This document shows, piece by piece, positions 1 through 7,991 of a stretch of DNA of 47,760 bases (positions are counted from its first letter, which is position 1; every line of letters begins with the position of its first letter). The stretch lies in contig CAZCHZ010000001.1 of the NCBI GenBank assembly GCA_964498615.1, positions 1 to 47,760 of the forward strand, given 5' to 3'. The position numbers and the translations under genes were made by a program. This stretch comes from an uncultured Legionellaceae bacterium (lineage in GTDB: Bacteria > Pseudomonadota > Gammaproteobacteria > UBA6186 > Azoamicaceae). Below the pieces are notes generated by a model that saw only the letters and a program-made list of their open reading frames with translations, did not search any database and was not told the DNA's origin.

Positions 1-52
1 GTGTTGGTGTTGGTGTTGGTGTTGGTGTTGGTGTTGGTGTTGGTGTTGGTGT
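1..52. repeat. Perfect hexanucleotide microsatellite (GTGTTG), about 8.7 units, at the window edge
   Basis: Direct reading of positions 1-52. On the minus strand it is in frame as ACA CCA = (Thr-Pro)n. Confidence 0.95.
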
Positions 53-436
53 TTCTTGTGATACTGTATGTATACCGTATATATACTGTATCAATACTCT
101 ATTTTTTATAAGCTTAAGCTCTGATTCTATGCACTTTACAACTTTTGGAGACGTTGATCCATTAAATCGTTCCCAATTACGTATAGCTATCTCGTTTGTT
201 GATTCAGAAAACATTATTTTATTATTTTCTGTAAAGAAATTTATATTTTCTGTTACTGTTTTTAAATCAATTCCTAAGTCAAAACATATTTGACGTTTAG
301 AAATATCATAAACTCCACACTGTTTTGTTCTCTCATTTGTCAAAATATACAAATAGAAAAGTTTTTTTTCCGGACTTAAATCACATATAAAAGGATCACT
401 CCAAAAAGTAGTATTTATTTTTCTGTAAATAGCCAT
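1..436 (-). CDS. Replication initiator / replisome-organizer-like protein, N-terminal part (3' end runs off window edge)
   Basis: Own translation from ATG 436..434: MAIYRKINTTFWSDPFICDLSPEKKLFYLYILTNERTKQCGVYDIS... This pattern resembles the N-terminal winged-helix domain of phage replisome organizers. The frame stays open to position 1, where it ends in (Thr-Pro)n. It is absent from the ORF track because it has no in-window stop. Confidence 0.5.
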   Translation of the reverse strand, partial: MAIYRKINTTFWSDPFICDLSPEKKLFYLYILTNERTKQCGVYDISKRQICFDLGIDLKTVTENINFFTENNKIMFSESTNEIAIRNWERFNGSTSPKVVKCIESELKLIKNRVLIQYIYGIHTVSQETPTPTPTPTPTPTPTPT

Positions 437-437
437 A

Positions 438-977
438 TTATCTGCCTTTTATTTTATTCCAACAAATGCCGCAAAAATATCTAATAACATCATCCCTATG
501 ATTAACAATTAAACAAGATTTTTCCATTGCATCAACAACTTCATTTACATTTAATTTGACTATAAAGTTTTTAACAGATATTCTAAATTTTACACTTAAT
601 GTATAACCCTCAAAAAAACTTTCAAAAACTTGACATACATGGTCAATTTCAATATTAATAATATCTTTTTGCTTTTTTAATAGATTTTGATACTGCTTAT
701 ATTGTTTTTTAGCTAAAATCATCTTTTCCATTTTAGTAATTAAAGTTTCTGGAATTGAATTCAGCTCTACACCTCCTTTGCCTCTGTTGCAATCGAAACA
801 AGCAGTAATTAAATTATCAATATCATTTTTGCCTCCTTTACAAACTGGAATAATATGATCAACTTCCAGTGGAATTGAAGGCGGTTTAGCAGAACAATAT
901 TGACAAGTGAAATTATCTCGTTTAAATACCTCAAATCTTTTCTTTATACTGATTGGTGTTCTTTTAGGAGTATCCAT
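438..977 (-). CDS. HNH endonuclease
   Basis: CxxC ... EVDHIIPVCKGGKNDIDNLITACFDCNRGKG: classic HNH (H-N-N) core with zinc cysteines. Confidence 0.85.
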   Translation of the reverse strand: MDTPKRTPISIKKRFEVFKRDNFTCQYCSAKPPSIPLEVDHIIPVCKGGKNDIDNLITACFDCNRGKGGVELNSIPETLITKMEKMILAKKQYKQYQNLLKKQKDIINIEIDHVCQVFESFFEGYTLSVKFRISVKNFIVKLNVNEVVDAMEKSCLIVNHRDDVIRYFCGICWNKIKGR

Positions 978-1086
978 AATATTAAAAACAAAACCCGATA
1001 AATTCTAGGTGTCCACTCCTATCATTTACCGGGTTGTTTAAGGTTAATTTACCTTATATTTTACCGTAGGTGGACATTCTACACTA

Positions 1087-1094
1087 CAAATGTA
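1087..1094 (-). promoter_or_regulatory. Candidate Bacteroidota-type -7 box (TACATTTG on minus strand)
   Basis: Matches TAnnTTTG. It lies inside the palindrome ACTACA-AA-TGTAGT (1083..1096), 109 nt upstream of the HNH ATG. Confidence 0.35.
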
Positions 1095-1108
1095 GTATTT
1101 ATTTTCAA

Positions 1109-1489
1109 TTAACCAACATCATTTTCAAAAATATTTAAAGTTTTATGGTCTGTTTTTCTATTGGACTGTTGCTTCAATGAAAATTCAAGAGAAATCCATA
1201 CTCTTAAAGGTCGTTGATGTGCCGATGGATTCTTACTTTTTATAGTTCTTTCAGTATCAAAAATCAATTTCAATTTCGATAGTTTTCTGAATGGAACGCC
1301 AAAAACACTTGGTTGTCTTGGTGGTGCATTTCCATCTTTGTAAAAAGCTTCTTTCAAATCATCGGATGTAAACGGCTTAAATTGATTTTTAACCCACATT
1401 TCCGCGAATAAAAACAATCTAGTGGCGTATTCCTTGTTATTTTCTTCAACTCGGCTTACAGCTTCGTTTGTGATTTCAAAATTTGTCAT
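1109..1489 (-). CDS. Hypothetical protein
   Basis: ORF track. ATGA overlap with the upstream gene. No motif recognised. Confidence 0.65.
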   Translation of the reverse strand: MTNFEITNEAVSRVEENNKEYATRLFLFAEMWVKNQFKPFTSDDLKEAFYKDGNAPPRQPSVFGVPFRKLSKLKLIFDTERTIKSKNPSAHQRPLRVWISLEFSLKQQSNRKTDHKTLNIFENDVG

Positions 1490-1872
1490 GATTCTAATGT
1501 TAGTTCTATTCCGGTAAATTCAAAAATTATATTTTGTAACTGATGTACATATTCAATATTTATTTTACGTTCAATATCAGATCCTATTAAACAATATCTT
1601 ATCTGAAAGCATTTTTCATATGTTGAATACCATATTGAAATACCACAAATATCAAAAGTTATTCCTTGGTTAATCGCTCCGAATTTTAAAAGCCATTCTT
1701 GCGTTAAATACATTGGATTAATCATTTGCAATGTCATTACGTGCCTACCGTTATTATAATAAACAACTGCTTTTTCACAATTAATCGATTCGATAAATCC
1801 ATAAATAGGTTCAAATTTGGCATTTATTCCAATGGATACAATATTATTAACCTTCAATTCTAATGCTTTCAT
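1486..1872 (-). CDS. Hypothetical protein, member 1 of a 3-copy intragenomic paralog family
   Basis: Shares NP.YLTQEWLLKFG and YVHQLQNIIFEFTGIELTL motifs with 19424..19834 and 45344..45727. Confidence 0.7.
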   Translation of the reverse strand: MKALELKVNNIVSIGINAKFEPIYGFIESINCEKAVVYYNNGRHVMTLQMINPMYLTQEWLLKFGAINQGITFDICGISIWYSTYEKCFQIRYCLIGSDIERKINIEYVHQLQNIIFEFTGIELTLES

Positions 1873-1881
1873 AATTTAAAT

Positions 1882-2265
1882 TTAAAAATATTGATATTCT
1901 TTAAAGTCATTGCATTCTTTTGGCATTGATTTTTGCTCTACTTCGTTACCTTTTTCATCTTCACCATAAAAAGCATTGCCATCGCTTTTGTTTTCTATAA
2001 CTTTAGGTAATAGAAACTCATTTTTAAGAGAACAATAAAAGCCATTATATGTTTTTGTAATAGGTTCACCAGAAATATATTCGTCTTTGCCAATACCTAA
2101 AGTTATATTTTTTCTTATAAGATGATGGCAATTATTAAAACAAATATGATTATTATCCGGGTTATTCCAACAACATTTTTCATGCTTTTCCATTGCGTGT
2201 TTACGTTTTAATTCTTTTCCGCAATGATCACATTTATAAATTGTAATATTTTCAATTGTTTTCAT
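1882..2265 (-). CDS. Zinc-finger protein (C2H2-like)
   Basis: YKCDHCGKELKRKHAMEKHEKCC. I chose the ATG at 2265 (ATGA overlap with the upstream stop) over the track's TTG at 2298. Confidence 0.6.
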   Translation of the reverse strand: MKTIENITIYKCDHCGKELKRKHAMEKHEKCCWNNPDNNHICFNNCHHLIRKNITLGIGKDEYISGEPITKTYNGFYCSLKNEFLLPKVIENKSDGNAFYGEDEKGNEVEQKSMPKECNDFKEYQYF

Positions 2266-2516
2266 AGTTTTTCGATTTCTTGTTTTACTTCCTCCCAATA
2301 TTTAAGAAGTGGATTGATGACATCAATATATGGCCTTACTGGTGTTCTTAAAACCAAATGACAATCTTTTAATCCTAAATCAAATAAAGAATTAAGATTT
2401 AAAATAATTTCATCAACACAAATTAACGCCATTGTTTTTGGCGAAACATCATCTGTCATGAATATTTCATCTTCAAATTTTTCAAATAAATCCTTTGCTT
2501 TTTCTTCTGGTTTCAT
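2262..2516 (-). CDS. Hypothetical protein
   Basis: ORF track. Overlap-coupled with neighbours on both sides. Confidence 0.65.
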   Translation of the reverse strand: MKPEEKAKDLFEKFEDEIFMTDDVSPKTMALICVDEIILNLNSLFDLGLKDCHLVLRTPVRPYIDVINPLLKYWEEVKQEIEKL

Positions 2517-2947
2517 AAATATTGTTTTTCATTATTAATTCTTATTTCAATTTCCTGTAAAAAAACTAAATCATTCGGTTCCGGTAAATAAATACCAGCC
2601 TCTTTAGCGGAATAATCTCTAAATCGATCAATACACAATGTCATTTCTTCAGTATTTAATGATGCAGAACTTCTCCATCTTTCAATTTTTACAAACCCAC
2701 CAAATTCACCTTCGTAAAAAGTATCAGGATTAACAATTTTTTTAAAAATTTCCTGTTTTGATTCTTCAATTGTATATCCTGTTTCTAATGCAAAAAACCC
2801 TAAAATTAAGTGTAAATATGAATTTTGTTTAATAGTCCTTTTAAAACGCTTTTCCTTCAATTCAAACACAGCACCTTTCTCGATCAAATGCTTTAATCTA
2901 ACGGTTGCACGTTCAATGTCAATTGGTTTTTTGGAGTCGTAGAACAT
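2513..2947 (-). CDS. NinB/Orf-like recombination mediator (tentative)
   Basis: KRTIKQNSYLHLILG motif resembles the RSLDQNxxLW core of lambda NinB. It sits in the recombination module. Confidence 0.45.
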   Translation of the reverse strand: MFYDSKKPIDIERATVRLKHLIEKGAVFELKEKRFKRTIKQNSYLHLILGFFALETGYTIEESKQEIFKKIVNPDTFYEGEFGGFVKIERWRSSASLNTEEMTLCIDRFRDYSAKEAGIYLPEPNDLVFLQEIEIRINNEKQYL

Positions 2948-3690
2948 GATTTCTTACTTATTAATGAGTTAAATCCATTGTTTATAGAATCAAATTCTAA
3001 AATATATTTTGATTCTATTTTAAAAACTTCAGAATCAGATATATTTCCAGGCAATTCTTCTAAAACCTCAAATATCCATTCGCTTAATTTAGTTTTTCTT
3101 AAATAAATACCAAAAGGACTACTTGAATGTTGTAAGTGATTCCACCATCTGAAAAATGGTGCGTTTCTTGTTTTACCAATATAACATTTACCTGTTGATT
3201 TTTCAGTACATTTATAAATGTAATTTGGAGAATCAGATTTTATGTAATTGATATCATCGCCAATTTCTATTCCATCATTTTTAGACTTCAAAAATTCTTT
3301 TATACAATAATCATCATCACTTTTACAAAACCAAGCATCTAAACCAAAAAGCTTTTCAGATATTCTTGGCCTACTTATATAAGCGTTTTCATGAATATGT
3401 CCACATGAAGTACATTTCCAATTTCCTCTTGAAATTTGTTCTTTTTCATATTCATACAACTCAAATATTACAACATAAAAAAACTGTGCATCACTTTTCG
3501 TTTCTTTAGAAAAAACTTTGTTGTCTGGGAAAAATTGAGGATATTTATTTAAAAGAAAATCTTTTACTTCTTCTTTGTTTTCGGCCTCAATTAATCTTTC
3601 TTCGACAATATTAACAGAACTAAAAACGTTTTGCCAATCGTCCGAATTAATTGATTTTACAACTCTTATAAATGCTTTGTAATAATTCAT
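2893..3690 (-). CDS. GIY-YIG nuclease domain protein with N-terminal extension and zinc ribbon
   Basis: YIYKCTEKSTGKCYIGKT...RWWNH...FEVLEEL...GFNS fits the GIY-YIG core (GIY, YIG, R, H/Y, E, N). There is an upstream CTSCGH...C..DDDYC cysteine cluster. Confidence 0.7.
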   Translation of the reverse strand: MNYYKAFIRVVKSINSDDWQNVFSSVNIVEERLIEAENKEEVKDFLLNKYPQFFPDNKVFSKETKSDAQFFYVVIFELYEYEKEQISRGNWKCTSCGHIHENAYISRPRISEKLFGLDAWFCKSDDDYCIKEFLKSKNDGIEIGDDINYIKSDSPNYIYKCTEKSTGKCYIGKTRNAPFFRWWNHLQHSSSPFGIYLRKTKLSEWIFEVLEELPGNISDSEVFKIESKYILEFDSINNGFNSLISKKSCSTTPKNQLTLNVQPLD

Positions 3691-3693
3691 AAT

Positions 3694-4344
3694 TTAATTA
3701 TTTTTAGATTCGTGTAATCTTAATACTTGAGAGCTTTCTTTTCTATTTTTGAAAATAAAATCGCGTGCTTGTTGTTCTGAAAGATGCGAGTTTTTCGCAC
3801 CTATTTCGTAACAGAATTCACCCTTTTTTTGTTTACGTTCAATCTGTTTTTGAATAAAATCCTCACAATGATTTGATTCTATACAATACAAATCATATTC
3901 TTTTGCAGTGATTCCTTCCAAAGTTGAAGTGTCAGTTGCGTGAAAGGTTTTATGTTCATTTTTAAAGATACGATACCCATAACAAGGAACATCATGATAC
4001 AACTTAAAAGCCGATATTGAAAAAATTCCATAATCATAAATAATACCAGGTTCTAAAATATCGATATTACGAATTCCTTCTAAATATTTAACCATCCATT
4101 CACCACATGCAACACGTAAAAGAGGCCTTTCAAAACACAATTTCTTTAATGCTGCAATATTTAAGTGATCACTTAAATGTTCGTGAGTTAATAAAACTAA
4201 TTGAATTTCATTTTTGTATGGTTCAATTTTTTTATAAGGCAATCCTATGTCAATTAAAATTTGGCGATGATACAAAACTGCATTACCGGAACTTCCTGTT
4301 CCGATAATTTCGCAGATTTGTTTACTTACTTTTTCTGAGCTCAT
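3694..4344 (-). CDS. Metallo-beta-lactamase-fold hydrolase/nuclease
   Basis: LLTHEHLSDH metal-binding motif. Typical companion of phage RecT/Erf modules. Confidence 0.6.
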   Translation of the reverse strand: MSSEKVSKQICEIIGTGSSGNAVLYHRQILIDIGLPYKKIEPYKNEIQLVLLTHEHLSDHLNIAALKKLCFERPLLRVACGEWMVKYLEGIRNIDILEPGIIYDYGIFSISAFKLYHDVPCYGYRIFKNEHKTFHATDTSTLEGITAKEYDLYCIESNHCEDFIQKQIERKQKKGEFCYEIGAKNSHLSEQQARDFIFKNRKESSQVLRLHESKNN

Positions 4345-5117
4345 TAAATCTGAACTTTCTCAGTTAATAATTCTGGTTCTTTTTGCTCGATTATTTCAGC
4401 AACAACTTCCCTATGATTAATATCAATTGTTTCCGGTTCCGCATATAAATCCTCTTTTTCAGTATCAGTATGCATTTCGATAATTCTTTTGATTGTAGCG
4501 TTTATTAATGTTTTTTCATACATTTCACGTTCCCATGCCCAAAAACTGCCGCCTTTTGCTTTTGATTTATCCCTACGTTGTTCTAAATCTGCTTTTGTGT
4601 AATATTTTGGACGAATATCACCGTTATTTGCTTCAACAACACAATAACCCCCGGTGATTTCTCCTTTAAAAGTAGGAATGTGTTTGTCTATTTTTAACAC
4701 ACCATTTTCGTAATGCATTGCAAATTCATCTTCCGAATTAATTAAAATAGGAATGATGTCTTTTACATCACAAGTTCTTTTTGCTACCGCAACTAATCCT
4801 TGATATTGCCATCCAAAACGTAACGATTTACCAGTTGGTGAGTCTTTATCATTTTGAACAAAGAAATAGCAATGGTTTTTCTGGAAGTCTAATTGATTCG
4901 AAAACATTTTAAGAAATGCCTTTGTAACACTGATTGATGGTACTTTATCAATATCATCCATTGTTGACAATTTTTCCATTGCAAAGAAAACGCTTTCTTT
5001 ATAGCTTTCCGGCAACGAAACAAACTTAGATGCTGACATTGATTCCATTTGCTTGATAACTTCTGATCTTACTTTTGTAGGTTCGTAAACCTGAACTTGA
5101 TTTTCTTGTGGATTCAT
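4344..5117 (-). CDS. recT: RecT-family single-strand annealing protein
   Basis: TGGYCVVEANNGD...SFWAWEREMYEKTLINATIKRI matches the conserved C-terminal RecT pattern (GGY...W...M..KT.I). Supported by context with the MBL and DUF1351-like genes. Confidence 0.6.
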   Translation of the reverse strand: MNPQENQVQVYEPTKVRSEVIKQMESMSASKFVSLPESYKESVFFAMEKLSTMDDIDKVPSISVTKAFLKMFSNQLDFQKNHCYFFVQNDKDSPTGKSLRFGWQYQGLVAVAKRTCDVKDIIPILINSEDEFAMHYENGVLKIDKHIPTFKGEITGGYCVVEANNGDIRPKYYTKADLEQRRDKSKAKGGSFWAWEREMYEKTLINATIKRIIEMHTDTEKEDLYAEPETIDINHREVVAEIIEQKEPELLTEKVQI

Positions 5118-5127
5118 TTTTATTGAT

Positions 5128-5334
5128 TTAATTTTTATAATTTAATTTACGCATTATTTTCCTTGCTTCTTGTGCAAGTATGCTTCCAGATTCTAAAATA
5201 TTTTCTTTATTAGCATCAATTGAATTGAAGGCATTTATCAAAACTTGTCTTTGATGTTGCATTTCTTTGATTTTTCCTTCTAAAAATCTAGATGCTTCAT
5301 CTAAATCTTTGCGTTGATCATTTAGAGACATCAT
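5128..5334 (-). CDS. Hypothetical small coiled-coil protein
   Basis: ORF track; operon context. Confidence 0.55.
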   Translation of the reverse strand: MMSLNDQRKDLDEASRFLEGKIKEMQHQRQVLINAFNSIDANKENILESGSILAQEARKIMRKLNYKN

Positions 5335-5336
5335 GG

Positions 5337-6371
5337 CTAAATGTTTTTATAAATTATTCCCTCTCGTTTCATGTACTCGCCTAATAAACGCAATTTACTC
5401 ATTGTTGCTTTTACTTCGAATTGAGCCACTTTTGTTTCTTCTTGAGGTGTTTCCACATTTGGTGCAGAAATATGAGTAGAAACAATAACTTTAGGTGGAT
5501 TTGTAATTGGCGATTCCTGTTCAGTCGAAATCGGAGTTTCAATTACTTCAATTTGGCTTGCTTTTAAGTCATCAATTTTAACTTCAATTTCAGAATATTT
5601 TGCAGTAAAATCTTCTTTTGAAAGATTTTCAACATCATTTAAAGATACATAAATATCCGCATTATATTCGTATGAATTTGTGATTTCTACAAAATTTAAA
5701 CCCAATTTTACCAAGTAATTTTTACGGTTTTGTGTTTGTTCTGCTTTTAATTTTGCAGCAGTTTGTTTTTCCGATTCTTTACGGTTTTTAACAGATGTAA
5801 TTGCATTTGAAACATTGAGAGAAGTTTTATATTCTGTTAAAATTTCGGCTTCGAATTCAGTTGTTTTTATCAAGGCCAAATCATCAATAACCTTATTGAT
5901 ATATTCGTAAATCTGCTCTTTATATTTCTTTTCAGTAGTTGAAAGATTGATTTCAATTCCGAGTTTTTCAAATTCAATAAAATCGATGCTTTCTGATAAA
6001 CATAATTCATCAAAATAAGATTTAACCGAATTTAATTTTTCTCTTTTAATTTTATCTTCTACTGAAGCGATTTTATCTTTCAACAAATCAACCGCTGCTT
6101 TATACTTATCTGAAATTTCAGTTTTATAAGTTGTTTCAAAAGCTAAATAAGGATTATTCACGCCTTCTTTAATAAATTTTCTTTGAGTTTCGAAATCGGC
6201 AAGCTCTTTGTTTAATTCAGCACGTAAATCTTTAAGAGATTTTACTGTTTCAACAGTTGCAATTTGCTTATCTAATTCTAATTCTTCGATTCTTTTAGAA
6301 ACTTTTTTACCGGCTTCTTCAAGTTTATGTTGAATTATTGGCGATTGTACTAATGTAATTTGATTATCCAT
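5337..6371 (-). CDS. DUF1351-like coiled-coil protein (recombination-module associated)
   Basis: N-terminus VQSPIIQHKLEE...VETVKSLKDLRAELNKE...RKFIKEGVNNPYLAFE resembles DUF1351 proteins found upstream of recT/sak in siphophages. Confidence 0.4.
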   Translation of the reverse strand: MDNQITLVQSPIIQHKLEEAGKKVSKRIEELELDKQIATVETVKSLKDLRAELNKELADFETQRKFIKEGVNNPYLAFETTYKTEISDKYKAAVDLLKDKIASVEDKIKREKLNSVKSYFDELCLSESIDFIEFEKLGIEINLSTTEKKYKEQIYEYINKVIDDLALIKTTEFEAEILTEYKTSLNVSNAITSVKNRKESEKQTAAKLKAEQTQNRKNYLVKLGLNFVEITNSYEYNADIYVSLNDVENLSKEDFTAKYSEIEVKIDDLKASQIEVIETPISTEQESPITNPPKVIVSTHISAPNVETPQEETKVAQFEVKATMSKLRLLGEYMKREGIIYKNI

Positions 6372-6375
6372 TTTT

Positions 6376-6582
6376 TTAATTATAAAGGTTTGTTATTGAA
6401 AATTTATAGTTTGATTTGTCCAATGAATTATGGATTCTAAATTGTTCTTTTGAAATTTCAGTTTTTAATTTCAATAATACTTTTAAATATCGTTGAAGTT
6501 TATCAGAAAATGAATATCGATGTTCTTGATTGGCCTCAACTAATCTTTCATATCGATTTTGAAGTGTATTTAAACGACTCAT
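6376..6582 (-). CDS. Hypothetical protein
   Basis: ORF track; operon context. Confidence 0.55.
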   Translation of the reverse strand: MSRLNTLQNRYERLVEANQEHRYSFSDKLQRYLKVLLKLKTEISKEQFRIHNSLDKSNYKFSITNLYN

Positions 6583-6586
6583 TTTG

Positions 6587-6904
6587 TTATTTATTAGTAG
6601 TTAAAGTCAATTTTCTTTGTGCCTCAGAAATATCAGCTTTCATTAAATTTATTTCTATCTGTAATGATTCAAGAATAGAGTATTTTAACGAAATCAAATC
6701 TTTTATTTCAGATTTTACTTCTTTTAAATCCATTTCACGATGTCTTTCATTTGAAATGAAAGTATAGTAAAGCGATGTTGAAATTTCAGAACATTCAATT
6801 TCTTTTTCCTTAATCTCTTTGTTGACTTTTTTAAGTCGATTCAAAGTTTTTTTGAATCCCTTAGAGTTTTGATGTTTTTTCATAATCTTCAAAAATTTCT
6901 TCAT
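6587..6904 (-). CDS. Hypothetical basic coiled-coil protein
   Basis: ORF track, same strand as its operon. The mirror ORF 6450..6767(+) is judged spurious. Confidence 0.55.
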   Translation of the reverse strand: MKKFLKIMKKHQNSKGFKKTLNRLKKVNKEIKEKEIECSEISTSLYYTFISNERHREMDLKEVKSEIKDLISLKYSILESLQIEINLMKADISEAQRKLTLTTNK

Positions 6905-7085
6905 CAGTTAATTTAGTGTGTTCCCGAATAACATTTAAAATGTTATATTCCGTTAGTTTTGGACTTTTACGAATTGCCAGTGTTTTAACGCTACTATCTG
7001 CAACATTGTGAACATCCGAAATCTTTTTTCTAAGTTCAAGATTTGTTTGAATAATATCAAAAATCTTTTGTCTCATTATTTTCAT
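6861..7085 (-). CDS. Small promoter-proximal protein, possible HTH (Cro/Xis-like)
   Basis: ATG at 7085 (MKIMRQKIF...) preferred over the track's GTG at 7121, because the -7 box lies at 7110-7117. The ISDVHNVADSSVKTLA segment is HTH-like. Confidence 0.5.
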   Translation of the reverse strand: MKIMRQKIFDIIQTNLELRKKISDVHNVADSSVKTLAIRKSPKLTEYNILNVIREHTKLTDEEIFEDYEKTSKL

Positions 7086-7109
7086 ATTGTATTTACTTTT
7101 TGTTGTGTA

Positions 7110-7117
7110 CAAATGTA
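7110..7117 (-). promoter_or_regulatory. Leftward -7 box TACATTTG
   Basis: TAnnTTTG match 24 nt upstream of ATG 7085. A TTTG lies about 16 nt further upstream. The box is embedded in the inverted repeat TTGTGT-N9-ACACAA (7103..7123). Confidence 0.5.
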
Positions 7118-7216
7118 ACACAAAATAATATTACAAAAAACAACGACGCGTTATTTATATTAAATCTAAATTACTTAATTATTTTTTGATTTGTAGTTTA
7201 AAATCAAATTGTATTG

Positions 7217-7224
7217 TATATTTG
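7217..7224 (+). promoter_or_regulatory. Rightward -7 box TATATTTG
   Basis: TAnnTTTG match 36 nt upstream of ATG 7261, with TTTG at 7190..7193. The same TATATTTGTCT string recurs at the late promoter (38639..38646, minus strand). Confidence 0.5.
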
Positions 7225-7260
7225 TCTCAGCAATAAAGCGAAACACTAAAATTAAATATT

Positions 7261-7524
7261 ATGAAAAGAGCAATTAAAAATTTAATCACTCGATTATTAT
7301 GGGATTCAATCTCAACCATCATAGAGGAAACAAAAGAAACTCCAGTTGTAGTATTTTGGATTGACGGTTACCCAGTAGAGGCTAAAAATATGGGTTTTGT
7401 TCCTCCGATAAATTCAGAGGTTAAAATATTTGACAAAGGGGGATCAAAAATGTTTAAGGTTGAGATAATGGAAGTATCAGGAGAAACCGGAATGCAAATT
7501 GATTTGTACGGAAAATTCATTTAA
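7261..7524 (+). CDS. Hypothetical protein
   Basis: ORF track. First gene of the rightward block. Confidence 0.6.
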   Translation: MKRAIKNLITRLLWDSISTIIEETKETPVVVFWIDGYPVEAKNMGFVPPINSEVKIFDKGGSKMFKVEIMEVSGETGMQIDLYGKFI

Positions 7525-7532
7525 TAACTAAC

Positions 7533-7552
7533 AATCCCCAGAAATGGGGATT
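7533..7552 (+). terminator. Hairpin AATCCCCA-GAAA-TGGGGATT (weak terminator/attenuator candidate)
   Basis: Perfect 8-bp stem with a tetraloop right after the stop at 7524. No T-run follows. Confidence 0.35.
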
Positions 7553-7565
7553 AAAAACATATATC

Positions 7566-7784
7566 ATGAAAAAACAAACAGCATTTTTATTATTCGGAAT
7601 TTTTATTTCTTCAATTGGAGCTTCTTATAATTTAGGAAAATTAAAAGGACTAAATTTTGTTGAGTCCAACACAAGAACCGACATCGCAATACGATACCTT
7701 AAAATCATAGGTAATCCATTAACAGCGGAAGAACAATGTGTGTTTGATAGAGTTGTTTATAATGATTCAACTGAATGTAAATAA
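7566..7784 (+). CDS. Small protein with N-terminal signal/TM segment
   Basis: MKKQTAFLLFGIFISSIGAS hydrophobic N-terminus. Confidence 0.55.
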   Translation: MKKQTAFLLFGIFISSIGASYNLGKLKGLNFVESNTRTDIAIRYLKIIGNPLTAEEQCVFDRVVYNDSTECK

Positions 7785-7791
7785 TTAAAAA

Positions 7792-7989
7792 ATGGCACCA
7801 GAGAAACCTTTAATCGAAATTGCAATTGAGACTTTGAAAGCGGAAGTGAATTTACTTGAGAAAAAGAAAAATAAACTTACTTCTGGAGAAAATTATTTAC
7901 AATCACAAATCAAAAAGGAAAAAAGAAAGAAAATTTCTGGACAACAAATGATATTAAGAAAAATGCTTAGAAAACTAATAAAATTATAG
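7792..7989 (+). CDS. Hypothetical basic coiled-coil protein
   Basis: ORF track. Confidence 0.5.
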   Translation: MAPEKPLIEIAIETLKAEVNLLEKKKNKLTSGENYLQSQIKKEKRKKISGQQMILRKMLRKLIKL

Positions 7990-7991
7990 TT

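Noticed and set aside
1-52. Possible CRISPR array or terminal repeat at the window edges (also 47701..47760)
   Set aside because: Both are contiguous tandem repeats (6-bp and 18-bp units) with no spacers, and they are in frame within coding sequence. The two ends are unrelated in sequence, so they are not direct terminal repeats of each other.
6450-6767. 105-aa plus-strand ORF mirroring the 105-aa minus-strand ORF 6587..6904
   Set aside because: It runs against an uninterrupted minus-strand operon, has no promoter or terminator context, and has an I/F/L-rich composition typical of antisense frames in AT-rich DNA. The same reasoning applies to 4107..4307, 8028..8216, 10484..10681, 11088..11306, 11877..12071, 13495..13788, 15182..15367, 17822..18079, 24348..24641, 25727..25909, 26591..26830, 31794..32066, 32100..32354, 32978..33262, 34902..35096, 36308..36508, 37027..37239, 37322..37525, 39899..40147, 43847..44038, 44425..44619, 46839..47024 and 46858..47157.
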